The notes: generated by a model not told the origin, from the letters alone. A DNA stretch of 64,000 nucleotides from an uncultured Alphaproteobacteria bacterium (GCA_944389235.1 CALXLO010000002.1:54327-118326); one strand, 5' to 3'; counted from the first letter of the stretch, positions 1-8,832 are shown. Made by a program: numbers and translations.

Positions 1-2
1 TA

Positions 3-710
3 AATTATTTCAGTGAACAACTGGGGGCTGTATGTGGTACAGATATGTCTTGCTTGCCGACGGATACGACAATTGCGTCATTGGTTTCTATCCCCGAAGA
101 TTCAGCCGGGTTGGCGGAATTGCGTGAAACAGTGCGTGCAAATACTGAAACCGCGGTTGACGAATTTTTTGAACAGTTCGAAAAAGACAAAACTGTTGCG
201 GCGTGTCAAGACAGCCAAAAACCAGCAGACCGTCAAAGCCTGGGCGACAGCGTGTTTAACAGTGCAAAAATGATTGCACAAATTGGTGCGGAAAATCGTG
301 CAATGCGTGAACTGGAATCCAAGATTGCAGAATTATCGCGTGAACAAGATTTGGCCGCTGCGGAAGAAAATTGTTATAACACATACCAGGTTGAAACCCC
401 GGATAAATCCAGTAAAAATTACAGTTATATCCGCAGTGTGTCATTTGAACCAGCGTTGCGTAATTGCCATGTTTGCCGCATGCAACAGGTTTGTGAAACA
501 GGTGGTCAGTCCAAGGCAACGGCCGGTGTCCAAGGTTTAGCGGGCGGATTGTCGGCTGGTGCGGCGGCGGGTACAATGGTATCGCCAGGTTGGGGTACGG
601 CAATTGGTGGCGTTGTTGGTGCCGTCGGCGGATTCTTTGCTGGACGCAGTGCAGGCGGCGAAGAAGAATTCTGTCAAGAAATTGAAACTTGCGAAGATAT
701 AAATATGTAA
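3..710 (+). CDS. 3' part of a Cys/Gly-rich secreted-family protein; the 5' end lies outside the window. Contains a glycine-zipper segment and ends in CEDINM.
   Basis: The frame is open from the window edge, with no stop before the ATG at 45. The tail ...RNCHVCRMQQVCETGG...GGVVGAVGGFFAG...FCQEIETCEDINM resembles the C-termini ending at 3271 and 3350. Confidence 0.6.
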   Translation, partial: NYFSEQLGAVCGTDMSCLPTDTTIASLVSIPEDSAGLAELRETVRANTETAVDEFFEQFEKDKTVAACQDSQKPADRQSLGDSVFNSAKMIAQIGAENRAMRELESKIAELSREQDLAAAEENCYNTYQVETPDKSSKNYSYIRSVSFEPALRNCHVCRMQQVCETGGQSKATAGVQGLAGGLSAGAAAGTMVSPGWGTAIGGVVGAVGGFFAGRSAGGEEEFCQEIETCEDINM

Positions 711-766
711 TGCAAATTGGGGTGTTTGCCCCATTGCATCTTGTTATACGGAGAGAGGAAAAATAA

Positions 767-3271
767 ATGTGGCATAAAAAAATTGTTTTGTTTTCTGTTT
801 GCGCAATGGCGGTTGTGTTTGGGGCATATAATTCGTATGCGGTCAGTCGCACGACCAAGCAATCTGCTATTCAACAGGGAACAACTGTTCGTACAAAAAT
901 AGAAGCGACCGGATTGTATGACCAGGCATGTTATGATGCATATTTTGGATGTATGGACCAATTTTGTATAACAGATAACGCCAGTGGCGGCGCGTGTATG
1001 TGCAGCGATGACAGCATTGAATATGAAAAAGAATTTGCCGCAATTCAAGAAATTCTGGACGAAGCGAATCGCTTGCGTACCGAAGAGGTTGAACGCGTCC
1101 AAGCCGGTGCAAATGCAGATATTATATTTACCGGCGAACGCCATTATGATGCAGACGGTAATATTCTGGATGATGGCGAATTAACCGCAGCAGAACAAAA
1201 GGCCAAAGAACAAGAGAGCCTGTTGTCTATGTGGAATACCAGTATTTTTGATGACCCCGCCGAAGAAGAAACAGTTAATATTGCTGATATGGTGGGTGAT
1301 GAATTATATCAGGCCGCAGATGATTTGTGCGTTGCCCAGGTGCCAGATTCTTGTTCTGGTGATATAACTTTTCTGCGTCAATTATATTCACGGCAAATTA
1401 CATCTGATTGCTTGGGGTATAAAAATTCTTTGGCGGAACAACGGTCCAAGGCTGAAAATGAATTAGCGGCGGCAGAATCCGAAGTGCGCGCTGCATTACA
1501 AGAAAGTTTTGAAAGTGCCAATAAATATGACCTGGGGCAGTGCATGGTAGAGTTCCGCAAGTGCATGCAAACCGCAGACGCGTGTGGCGATAATTGGGAA
1601 AATTGTGTCGCAGCAATTGCGTCTGAAAATATGCAAAATAATGCCGCAACCAGTACCGCTGGTACAACAGTTGAATCTGCCGAGACATACGATATAACCG
1701 CGTCCACGATGGATGTATTAAATTCCAAGCGGCCCATTTGTGAAAATGTGTTATCACAATGTGTTGCGGTGCGCGATATGGTGTGGCCGAATTTCTTGCG
1801 CGAAGTTGCGCCATCACTGCGGGTTGCGGAATTACAGGCTGAATCTAAATTCCGTCAATCTTGTTTGACGAATATTTCTGAATGTATAACAACGGCATGT
1901 CGTGATGATATTGCCGGCAAAGGCGTTGCAACAATGGATGCGTGTCTGTCGCGACCGGAAATGGCGCGCAGTTTTTGCAAGGTTGAAATTGACCCGTGCG
2001 AACGCATGGAACCGCTGATTTGGGGATATGTAGAAGACAAATTGGCGGCAATGCGTGTCGACGCATGCACCCAAGAAGTCAAAGATTGCTTTACCGCAGA
2101 TACGCGGTGTGGACCGAACTTTGAAAACTGTATTGGTATGGATTATGACTATATCCATGACATTTGTCCAATTGACAGTTTGGTCGTATGCAAGGCAAAT
2201 AATCCAAACTTTTCTATGGATGATTTAGATTCTATGTTAATGGGGTTGTATTTGAATATAGACAATTCTTTGATGGAACAATGCCAAAACTTGGTTGACC
2301 AAAAAATGGCAGAAATTTGCGGCAGCACCACTGATTGCAATCGTTTTGCCGCCGACGATACAATCGGCACTGGTTCGCTGCGTTCACAAAAAGATGGTGA
2401 TGTATATCGTGTGACGGGTATGATATCGTTCGGCAGTATCAAGATGGGTGATGCCAGTGGTCGCACGACGACAACAGATTCCCAAGGCAACAGTGTTAAA
2501 TTGGGACCTGGGGAAATAGGGGTTTCTGAATATATTGCCAAGATACGCGAACAAAACGACGATGTTCCAAATGCAGATGCGATAATCGATACCATAGAAG
2601 AAGAATTAAACAACATCGCTGGGACAATCAATCGTACGATAGAATTGATATCCCAGGACCCTGAAATTCAATATTGTGTAAGTGGTCGTGATTTATCACA
2701 AATAACTGGCGAAGATGGCGCAGCAACCCAGGCGCGTTTTCCGAACTTGCTGAACCAAATAAAGATGCAAATAGCAGTATCAGCATTGCGTCAAGCACAA
2801 GACAATTATAATAACAAATTGAATACTGCAATTGCAGATGCCACCAAAAACGCATCTGCTGACATCGCACAATACATGTGCCAGAAAATTGCAGAAAATG
2901 GTGGCAATGCGTCGGGCAGCCAGATTGCACAGTCTACGCCACTGACAACGCCATATTCTATCAGTTATGATGTTGGTACTGGTTTAACAGCCGAAGATTT
3001 GACCCGTGGTGGTGCGGGTGTTATCCAAGCAGGTGGAATTACATTCAAAAATGAAGCCTATTTGGGTGGCGGGTCTGGTCTGGAAGGTGGTGGTATGACC
3101 AAAGAAGTTACGGCTATATTTAACCGTGATACGCGTGTATGTCATATTTGTACAACGACAACAACGCAAAATTGTGAAACAACCGGCAGTGTCAGTTGGT
3201 TCCACAATAACCGTAATGTTAATTGCACCACAGAAACATCAGAACCATTCTGTGAAGATATTGTTATGTAA
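767..3271 (+). CDS. Large secreted cysteine-rich coiled-coil protein (834 aa) of unknown family. This is the expression locus of the putative invertible C-terminal switch.
   Basis: RBS ggagagagg lies upstream. Signal peptide MWHKKIVLFSVCAMAVVFGAYNSYA. N-terminal module YDQACYDAYFGCMDQFC...GACMCS is shared with the 29853..33047 protein. Many Cys pairs; C-terminus ...FCEDIVM. Confidence 0.85.
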   Translation: MWHKKIVLFSVCAMAVVFGAYNSYAVSRTTKQSAIQQGTTVRTKIEATGLYDQACYDAYFGCMDQFCITDNASGGACMCSDDSIEYEKEFAAIQEILDEANRLRTEEVERVQAGANADIIFTGERHYDADGNILDDGELTAAEQKAKEQESLLSMWNTSIFDDPAEEETVNIADMVGDELYQAADDLCVAQVPDSCSGDITFLRQLYSRQITSDCLGYKNSLAEQRSKAENELAAAESEVRAALQESFESANKYDLGQCMVEFRKCMQTADACGDNWENCVAAIASENMQNNAATSTAGTTVESAETYDITASTMDVLNSKRPICENVLSQCVAVRDMVWPNFLREVAPSLRVAELQAESKFRQSCLTNISECITTACRDDIAGKGVATMDACLSRPEMARSFCKVEIDPCERMEPLIWGYVEDKLAAMRVDACTQEVKDCFTADTRCGPNFENCIGMDYDYIHDICPIDSLVVCKANNPNFSMDDLDSMLMGLYLNIDNSLMEQCQNLVDQKMAEICGSTTDCNRFAADDTIGTGSLRSQKDGDVYRVTGMISFGSIKMGDASGRTTTTDSQGNSVKLGPGEIGVSEYIAKIREQNDDVPNADAIIDTIEEELNNIAGTINRTIELISQDPEIQYCVSGRDLSQITGEDGAATQARFPNLLNQIKMQIAVSALRQAQDNYNNKLNTAIADATKNASADIAQYMCQKIAENGGNASGSQIAQSTPLTTPYSISYDVGTGLTAEDLTRGGAGVIQAGGITFKNEAYLGGGSGLEGGGMTKEVTAIFNRDTRVCHICTTTTTQNCETTGSVSWFHNNRNVNCTTETSEPFCEDIVM
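2619..2983. repeat. Left arm of a 365-bp inverted repeat, inside the 767..3271 CDS
   Basis: Its reverse complement recurs at 3692..4056. Both boundaries were read directly. The shadow ORFs 2628..2930(-) and 3745..4047(+) have identical 100-aa translations, and the two coding copies have identical protein sequence. Confidence 0.9.
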
Positions 3272-3691
3272 AGTTTGATATAATTTATTGTAAAAAACAG
3301 TCCCGATTGATATCAATCGGGACTGTTTTATATTGTTGTGTATTGTGTTTTACATGACAATATCTTCACATTTTTCCACAGGTTCTGATTCGGTACACTT
3401 TAATTCATCTGTTGCGCCAATACCCAAAAAGCCCTTTTTACTAACCGATTCACAGCTTTTTGTAATCGTTGATGTGCAATAATGACAGGTACGCGTATCA
3501 CGATTAAACACGGACCACATTTCGCGTGTACCACTTGGTAAATCAACCTTTACACGATTCGTTCCCAGTCCGGTAAATGAATTGACCACTTCAGAAAATT
3601 TGCTTGCACCGGCTGTTTTGTCTAATGTTGCAGTGCCACCGGTCGCACTGGACGAATGTCCCGCACCCATAGTTAACAAACTATTATCCAG
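2984..3691. other. Candidate invertible DNA segment (708 bp) carrying two alternative 3' coding ends in opposite orientation
   Basis: Bounded exactly by the two repeat arms. Holds variable end A (2984..3271, +), a central palindromic terminator, and variable end B (3350..3691, -). Both repeat/unique junctions fall on codon boundaries in the same phase. Confidence 0.65.
3298..3325. terminator. Bidirectional rho-independent terminator near the centre of the invertible segment
   Basis: Perfect 28-nt palindrome cagtcccgattgat/atcaatcgggactg, flanked by an A-run on the left and a T-run on the right. Confidence 0.8.
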
Positions 3692-4056
3692 ACCAGTACC
3701 AACATCATAACTGATAGAATATGGCGTTGTCAGTGGCGTAGACTGTGCAATCTGGCTGCCCGACGCATTGCCACCATTTTCTGCAATTTTCTGGCACATG
3801 TATTGTGCGATGTCAGCAGATGCGTTTTTGGTGGCATCTGCAATTGCAGTATTCAATTTGTTATTATAATTGTCTTGTGCTTGACGCAATGCTGATACTG
3901 CTATTTGCATCTTTATTTGGTTCAGCAAGTTCGGAAAACGCGCCTGGGTTGCTGCGCCATCTTCGCCAGTTATTTGTGATAAATCACGACCACTTACACA
4001 ATATTGAATTTCAGGGTCCTGGGATATCAATTCTATCGTACGATTGATTGTCCCAG
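3350..4056 (-). other. Silent, promoterless and start-less alternative C-terminal cassette for the 767..3271 gene
   Basis: The minus-strand frame is open only from a TAA just upstream of the repeat, with no ATG or signal peptide. The first ~120 codons are identical to codons ~618-739 of the 834-aa protein. A divergent but homologous 113-aa tail follows (...FNRDTRTCHYCTSTITKSC...EKCEDIVM). Confidence 0.7.
3692..4056. repeat. Right arm of the 365-bp inverted repeat
   Basis: Reverse complement of 2619..2983. Encodes the same residues (GTINRTIELISQDPEIQYCVSGRD...YDVGTG) on the minus strand. Confidence 0.9.
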
Positions 4057-4185
4057 TAATTTTGCATTTGGAACATTAGTGGGGCGGCATTATATCCCTG
4101 GGGGGCGGGGTAATAAAATTCCTAGACATTTTTGAAAATAAATGTGATATTATATATGCAGGTAAACGAACAAAAGGGGTTATTT

Positions 4186-4554
4186 ATGAAAAAAATTTCT
4201 GCTGTTGCGGCATTATGCACAATTGTCAGCGGTGCGGCGTTCGCCGGATTCCAGCCGAACAATCCATCACCAATGGGTGGCTTTGTTGGTGGCACTGAAA
4301 ATATTGTAACGGTCAGCCAAGCCAAAGAAATGCGCGATGATACACCGGTTATTGTCCAAGGACATATTGTTCAGCGCATGGGTGATGAAAAATATTTATT
4401 TGAAGATTCAACCGGCTCAATTACTGTTGAAATAGACCGCAAAGATTGGCGTGGTCAAACAGTTACGCCATCTGATATGGTGAAACTGTACGGCGAAGTT
4501 GATGCCGGCCTGTTCAAAACAGAAATTGATGTCGATTATGTAACAAAGATGTAA
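4186..4554 (+). CDS. ygiW: Periplasmic OB-fold (BOF) stress protein, YgiW/YdeI family
   Basis: Signal peptide MKKISAVAALCTIVSGAAFA. Mature part ...VTVSQAKEMRDDTPVIVQGHIVQRMGDEKYLFEDSTGSITVEID...VKLYGEVD is typical of the YgiW family. ATG chosen at 4186. Confidence 0.75.
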   Translation: MKKISAVAALCTIVSGAAFAGFQPNNPSPMGGFVGGTENIVTVSQAKEMRDDTPVIVQGHIVQRMGDEKYLFEDSTGSITVEIDRKDWRGQTVTPSDMVKLYGEVDAGLFKTEIDVDYVTKM

Positions 4555-4556
4555 TT

Positions 4557-4586
4557 GAAAAAATCGCCCATTCGGGCGATTTTTTA
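4557..4586. terminator. Bidirectional terminator between ygiW and rplI
   Basis: Hairpin aaatcgccc-attc-gggcgattt with flanking A and T runs. Confidence 0.75.
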
Positions 4587-5204
4587 TTCTGCGTCTGCTG
4601 ATGTTGTTGTTTCAGATTCCGCCGGTTGTTCTGCGACATCTGTTTCAGATTTGTCTGATACAGGTACAGATTCCGTTTCTGTTGCTGGGGCTTCTTCTTC
4701 GGATTTCTTGGTACCGAATGTCAAAACCTTGCCGGCAACCAGTGCATCAATTTCATCTTGTGATTGTGCGACATATACTTTGACCGGAACAATAACATCC
4801 GGATGCAGCGCAATTTGCGTATCAAACGCACCCACAGATTTAATTGGCGCACCTAGCATAACCTGGGCAGATTCAACATTAATGCCAGTCAATTCTTTTA
4901 ACATGCGTGCAATATCGCGTGTTGATACAGAACCATACAGTTGACCAGTATCACCCGCCTGGCGAATCATGTGCAGTTTGGCATTTTTAATTGCATCAAC
5001 ATTACCTTCGGCGGTTTTGCGTGCTGCATCTTGACGCGCCTGTAATTCAGCCTTTTTCGCTTCGAACAGGGCGACATTTTCGCGCGACCAGCGCATTGCT
5101 TTGCCCATTGGTAATAAATAGTTGCGTGCGAAACCTGTTTTAACCTCTACGGTATCGCCGATATTACCCAGTTTTGTAATTTTTTCTGTTAAAATAACTT
5201 TCAT
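4584..5204 (-). CDS. rplI: 50S ribosomal protein L9 with an acidic C-terminal extension
   Basis: MKVILTEKITKLGNIGDTVEVKTGFARNYLLPMGKA... is a canonical L9 N-terminus. Start set at the internal ATG (5204). The ~45-aa E/T/S-rich tail is extra. Confidence 0.9.
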   Translation of the reverse strand: MKVILTEKITKLGNIGDTVEVKTGFARNYLLPMGKAMRWSRENVALFEAKKAELQARQDAARKTAEGNVDAIKNAKLHMIRQAGDTGQLYGSVSTRDIARMLKELTGINVESAQVMLGAPIKSVGAFDTQIALHPDVIVPVKVYVAQSQDEIDALVAGKVLTFGTKKSEEEAPATETESVPVSDKSETDVAEQPAESETTTSADAE

Positions 5205-5258
5205 TTTATCTGTCCTTTGTTTCAAGTTAGGGAAAAATCCCAAATATCCAATTTATAA

Positions 5259-5486
5259 TTATCCCAAGTTATTGCGAACAAACGGCATCAAGCCCAAATG
5301 ACGCGCGCGTTTAATAGCAGTTGCCAATTCGCGTTGGTCTTTTTGTGAAACACCACTGATGCGCGACGGAACAATCTTGCCGCGTTCAGTAATATAATGT
5401 GATAAAGTCTTGATGTCTTTATAGTCAATAACCTTGCCCTTTAACGGGTTAGATTTTTTACGATAAATTGCTGCACGAACGGCCAT
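5259..5486 (-). CDS. rpsR: 30S ribosomal protein S18
   Basis: ...[50 protein letters not shown]. Confidence 0.95.
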   Translation of the reverse strand: MAVRAAIYRKKSNPLKGKVIDYKDIKTLSHYITERGKIVPSRISGVSQKDQRELATAIKRARHLGLMPFVRNNLG

Positions 5487-5824
5487 TATTCCACCTCTTC
5501 ATTATTTTTTTTCATCATGATTGACGGCGCAGTTGCCAATTCTTTGACGCGCACATTCAAGAAACGAATAATATCTTCGTCAATACGCATGCGGCGTTCG
5601 TATTCAGCCACCTTGTCGCCCGGCAATTCAATATTCAGCATGACATAATGCGCCTTGCGATTTTTACGAATTACATAGGCCAAGTTTTTTAATCCCCAAA
5701 ATTCGCTGGATTTTACATCACCGCCCAGTTCTTTGACTATGTCGGTGTATTTTGCCGCTTTTTCTTTGACCTGCGGCTCTGTCAAGTCCTGGCGAAAAAC
5801 CAAGACACTTTCATAAAAAGCCAT
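5486..5824 (-). CDS. rpsF: 30S ribosomal protein S6
   Basis: [19 protein letters not shown]... Operon order rpsF-rpsR-rplI; its stop overlaps the rpsR start. Confidence 0.9.
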   Translation of the reverse strand: MAFYESVLVFRQDLTEPQVKEKAAKYTDIVKELGGDVKSSEFWGLKNLAYVIRKNRKAHYVMLNIELPGDKVAEYERRMRIDEDIIRFLNVRVKELATAPSIMMKKNNEEVE

Positions 5825-5998
5825 TTTATTTCCTTTGGTCTATACAGCCAATGACCCCATGTCATCAGCAGGAACATCGCACATTATGACGAAAAAACAA
5901 ATAAAATCAAGTAAAATCTGACGGTAAAAAATGTTGTAATCCCTATTGACTTGGTTTAATTAAATTTATTATCATATAAATATAAAAAGAGAGATTGC

Positions 5999-6775
5999 AT
6001 GACAAATCAGTTCCATCGCGCACTAAACAGAATGGCATTTTTTACCGCACTGTTGGCGGCGGCATTATTACTGTTTTACCAGCCATTTTTGCGTGTGGCA
6101 TCTGCAAATATAATATTAAATGGTATAATAATCGGAACAACATTGTTCGGTATCGGACTGTGTTTTATTGAAATGTTCCGGTTAATGCCCGAATATCGCT
6201 GGGCACACGCATATTTTTCGGGTCGGCGGAATATTCCACTGCCGCCGCGGCTGCTGCGCCCTGTGGCAATATTATTGCGTTCGCGCCCGCGTCGGATTAT
6301 GGCATCTGCATTAAATGGGATGCTGGATATGATTCAGCTGCGCTTTGATGACGCGCGCGAATCTGTGCGATATATAACCAATACCTTGATATTCTTGGGG
6401 TTGTTGGGGACATTTTGGGGGTTGATTATAACTGTTGGCGGCTTTGCAGACTTAATCAGCAATTTGAATTTTAATGATGAATCTGTTTTACAGGCGATGC
6501 AGGCTGGATTGGCAGGACCATTATCTGGGATGGCGACCGCATTTACCAGTTCACTGATGGGACTGGCCGGCAGTTTGATTATCGGATTTTTGGGTTTACA
6601 GGTACAATCGGCACAAAACGCAATTTTCCGCGAACTGGAAGATTACTTGGCATCGCATACCAGTGTTGCAAATAATGATGATATGAATGAATTATTGCCA
6701 AAAATCAGCGATACTGCCACAGAATTAAACAACAGTGTACGCGCATTAAATCGTACATTTAATGAAATGACATAA
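5999..6775 (+). CDS. MotA/TolQ/ExbB-family proton-channel membrane protein
   Basis: N-terminal TM helices. C-terminal signature region NTLIFLGLLGTFWGLI...PLSGMATAFTSSLMGLAGSLIIGF is typical of MotA/ExbB channels. Confidence 0.7.
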   Translation: MTNQFHRALNRMAFFTALLAAALLLFYQPFLRVASANIILNGIIIGTTLFGIGLCFIEMFRLMPEYRWAHAYFSGRRNIPLPPRLLRPVAILLRSRPRRIMASALNGMLDMIQLRFDDARESVRYITNTLIFLGLLGTFWGLIITVGGFADLISNLNFNDESVLQAMQAGLAGPLSGMATAFTSSLMGLAGSLIIGFLGLQVQSAQNAIFRELEDYLASHTSVANNDDMNELLPKISDTATELNNSVRALNRTFNEMT

Positions 6776-6816
6776 TGTGATATTATGTCATTAAAAGCGA
6801 GAGAGGAGAAAACATC

Positions 6817-7929
6817 ATGATGAAATTTCGTTTTCGTAATCAGACAAATACATGGCCGGCTTTTGTCGATTTGTTTTCTAATTTAGCAATTATATTAATA
6901 TTTTTATTGATAGTGTTTGTGTTCTTGTGGACGACGACCAGTGTTTTTAACAAAGACACTGGGGCCAAGGCTGTTGCTGATTTGCGCAAGGCAAATGAAG
7001 AACAGGCACAAAAAATCGTTCAAATGACGGCTGATGAAGAAGAGGCTAAACAATTATTAATCTTGGCGCGTAATGAACTGGAAAATTTAACTGCTGATAA
7101 TACAGAAATGTCGGCGCAACTGGAACAAATTGATATCAGTATGAACGAATTGGTTGCCGAGTATGAGGCCAAGGTCGCCGAACTGCAATCCCAAGGTGTT
7201 GATTTACAATCCCAGGTTGCTGAATTGACAACACAATTAAATCAGGCAAATCTGAATCAGCAACGCACGGCGGAACTGGAACAAGAACGGCGTGAACTGC
7301 AAGACCAAATGAATCAGCAACGCGCATCGTTGGCACAACAATTGCAAAAATTGCAAGATGCATTGGCGGCGGCGGAACAAGAATCACAAGAAAAAGATAT
7401 TCAATATGTTGAAATGTCAAACCGCCTGAACAAAGCGTTGGCTGATAAGGTCGCAGAATTAAATAATGTTGCACAATATCAGTCTGAATTTTACAAGGCC
7501 ATAAAAGACGCATTGGGGGACGGTAATTATATACAACCATCTGGCGACCGCTTTATTGTATCCAGCGATATTTTATTCAGCAGCGGTTCGTATACTCTGT
7601 CGCCCGAAGGAAAAAATCAACTGCGCTTGATTGCAAATGTAATCAAAGATTTAGAAAATATCATTCCAACAGATATTGATTGGATTATTCGCGTTGATGG
7701 TCATACAGACCGCCAGCCTGTTATGTCTGGCACACGCGCATTCAAAAACAATATGGAATTATCGCTGTTGCGTGCAAATGCGGTTGTCGATGAATTGACC
7801 AAAGCAGGTGTTTCGCCCCGTCGTTTGGTCCCCAGCGGGTTTGGCGACTTGCACCCCGTAGCGTTGGGTACCGATGCCGCCAGTATGCAGCAAAATCGCC
7901 GCATAGAATTACAATTAACAAACAGATAA
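6817..7929 (+). CDS. MotB/OmpA-like peptidoglycan-binding protein with N-terminal TM helix and long Q/E-rich coiled coil
   Basis: WPAFVDLFSNLAIILIFLLIVF plug/TM region, ~200 aa of coiled coil, then an OmpA-like C-terminal domain (...RVDGHTDRQP...NMELSLLRANAVVDELTKAGVSPRRL...GFGD..P...NRRIEL). Confidence 0.75.
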   Translation: MMKFRFRNQTNTWPAFVDLFSNLAIILIFLLIVFVFLWTTTSVFNKDTGAKAVADLRKANEEQAQKIVQMTADEEEAKQLLILARNELENLTADNTEMSAQLEQIDISMNELVAEYEAKVAELQSQGVDLQSQVAELTTQLNQANLNQQRTAELEQERRELQDQMNQQRASLAQQLQKLQDALAAAEQESQEKDIQYVEMSNRLNKALADKVAELNNVAQYQSEFYKAIKDALGDGNYIQPSGDRFIVSSDILFSSGSYTLSPEGKNQLRLIANVIKDLENIIPTDIDWIIRVDGHTDRQPVMSGTRAFKNNMELSLLRANAVVDELTKAGVSPRRLVPSGFGDLHPVALGTDAASMQQNRRIELQLTNR

Positions 7930-7955
7930 AATCGCCCGAATGGGCGGTTTTTATT
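7927..7955. terminator. Bidirectional terminator shared by the MotB-like gene and the 7984..8562 gene
   Basis: Hairpin aaaatcgccc-gaat-gggcggtttt. It lies inside the repeat shared with 22996..23025. Confidence 0.75.
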
Positions 7956-7983
7956 TGCCAGCGCGGTGCCCCAGGTGGTGATG

Positions 7984-8562
7984 TTATGCGGGAAACATAT
8001 CACCGTAATATATAACATCGCCTATTTTCACATGTAATGCCGGACTGGTTAATTTTGCAGTGCGCAGATATAAAACATATTCACCAATATGTAATATACG
8101 ACCGCAATCATCTGCACTATCCGACCCCGGCGGCGAATATAATCCGTCTGGACATTGTGTTATCCCAGAATCTGTGTTTGTTGGGTTAAATGTTCCCCCA
8201 GGGCAATATGAATTTTTCGGACATTGTGTGCAAGAAGTGCTATCTGCCGGTAAATAATATCCTGGATTACAAGATATTTCTTCTATTTCCATCGGAATAC
8301 AGTCATCAATACTGTCATGGTCCGCAGCGGTATCACCAATCGTGCCCGTCCCCGCAGGACACGGGGTACACTCTTCTACTGAATAAAGACAGTCTTCTTG
8401 ATATGTGTTAACTGGGCAAACATAACACTTGCCCGAACTGTCTGGAAAGCTACCGGGGGCACATACAAAGCCGGTATCGGTACCGACTGGTTCACAAAAT
8501 ATTACCCCCCAACCGACATTGCATATCATGCACGCGACAATGGCGACAAATATCTTTTTCAT
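7984..8562 (-). CDS. Small secreted protein built of CxxCP...Y cysteine-rich repeats (furin-like / ephrin-receptor-like pattern)
   Basis: Signal peptide MKKIFVAIVACMICNVGWG. Repeats CYVCPVNTYQ, CTPCPAGTG, CTQCPKNSYCPGGTF. The 3' ~330 bp plus terminator are near-identical to 22690..23027. Confidence 0.8.
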   Translation of the reverse strand: MKKIFVAIVACMICNVGWGVIFCEPVGTDTGFVCAPGSFPDSSGKCYVCPVNTYQEDCLYSVEECTPCPAGTGTIGDTAADHDSIDDCIPMEIEEISCNPGYYLPADSTSCTQCPKNSYCPGGTFNPTNTDSGITQCPDGLYSPPGSDSADDCGRILHIGEYVLYLRTAKLTSPALHVKIGDVIYYGDMFPA

Positions 8563-8745
8563 CTTTAACCCCCATTTTGCAACAAAAAACCACCGGAAAT
8601 AAATTCAAGTGGTTGGAGGTTAGCAACTATCAAATACAATAGTGTCGTTTATTCAATATATTCACGAACCCTCCAACCCGGATTGGTTGGAGTATGCGTA
8701 TTTGCGAGGTTGCTACACCCCATATCAGAAACTTTCTGATACATC
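8563..8745 (-). ncRNA. Structured leader RNA / sRNA, copy A (unnamed motif) upstream of 7984..8562
   Basis: -10 tataat (plus-strand 8749..8754). 5' hairpin atcagaaa/tttctgat, then P1 ctccaacc/ggttggag, a hairpin with loop gaatatattgaataa, a hairpin actat/atagt, then cctccaacc overlapping the terminator aaccac/gtggtt+T-run. SD gggggttaaag follows, then the ATG. Confidence 0.6.
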
Positions 8746-8832
8746 TGTATTATAAAATAAGGCGGATTTTTTTTCCATAACAAAGTTTGTAAACTTTATT
8801 TTTCAATATTATATGTTATATAATTTTGTATT

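Noticed and set aside
2628-4047. Two identical 100-aa ORFs: 2628..2930 on the minus strand and 3745..4047 on the plus strand
   Set aside because: They are antisense shadow frames of the 365-bp inverted repeat arms and lie inside the real coding frame. They are useful only as proof that the arms are identical.
5999-7929. The MotA/MotB-like pair as a Zorya (ZorAB) anti-phage system
   Set aside because: The MotA-like protein is only 258 aa and lacks the long ZorA C-terminal tail. No ZorC/D/E-like genes follow, and the coiled coil is on the MotB-like partner instead.
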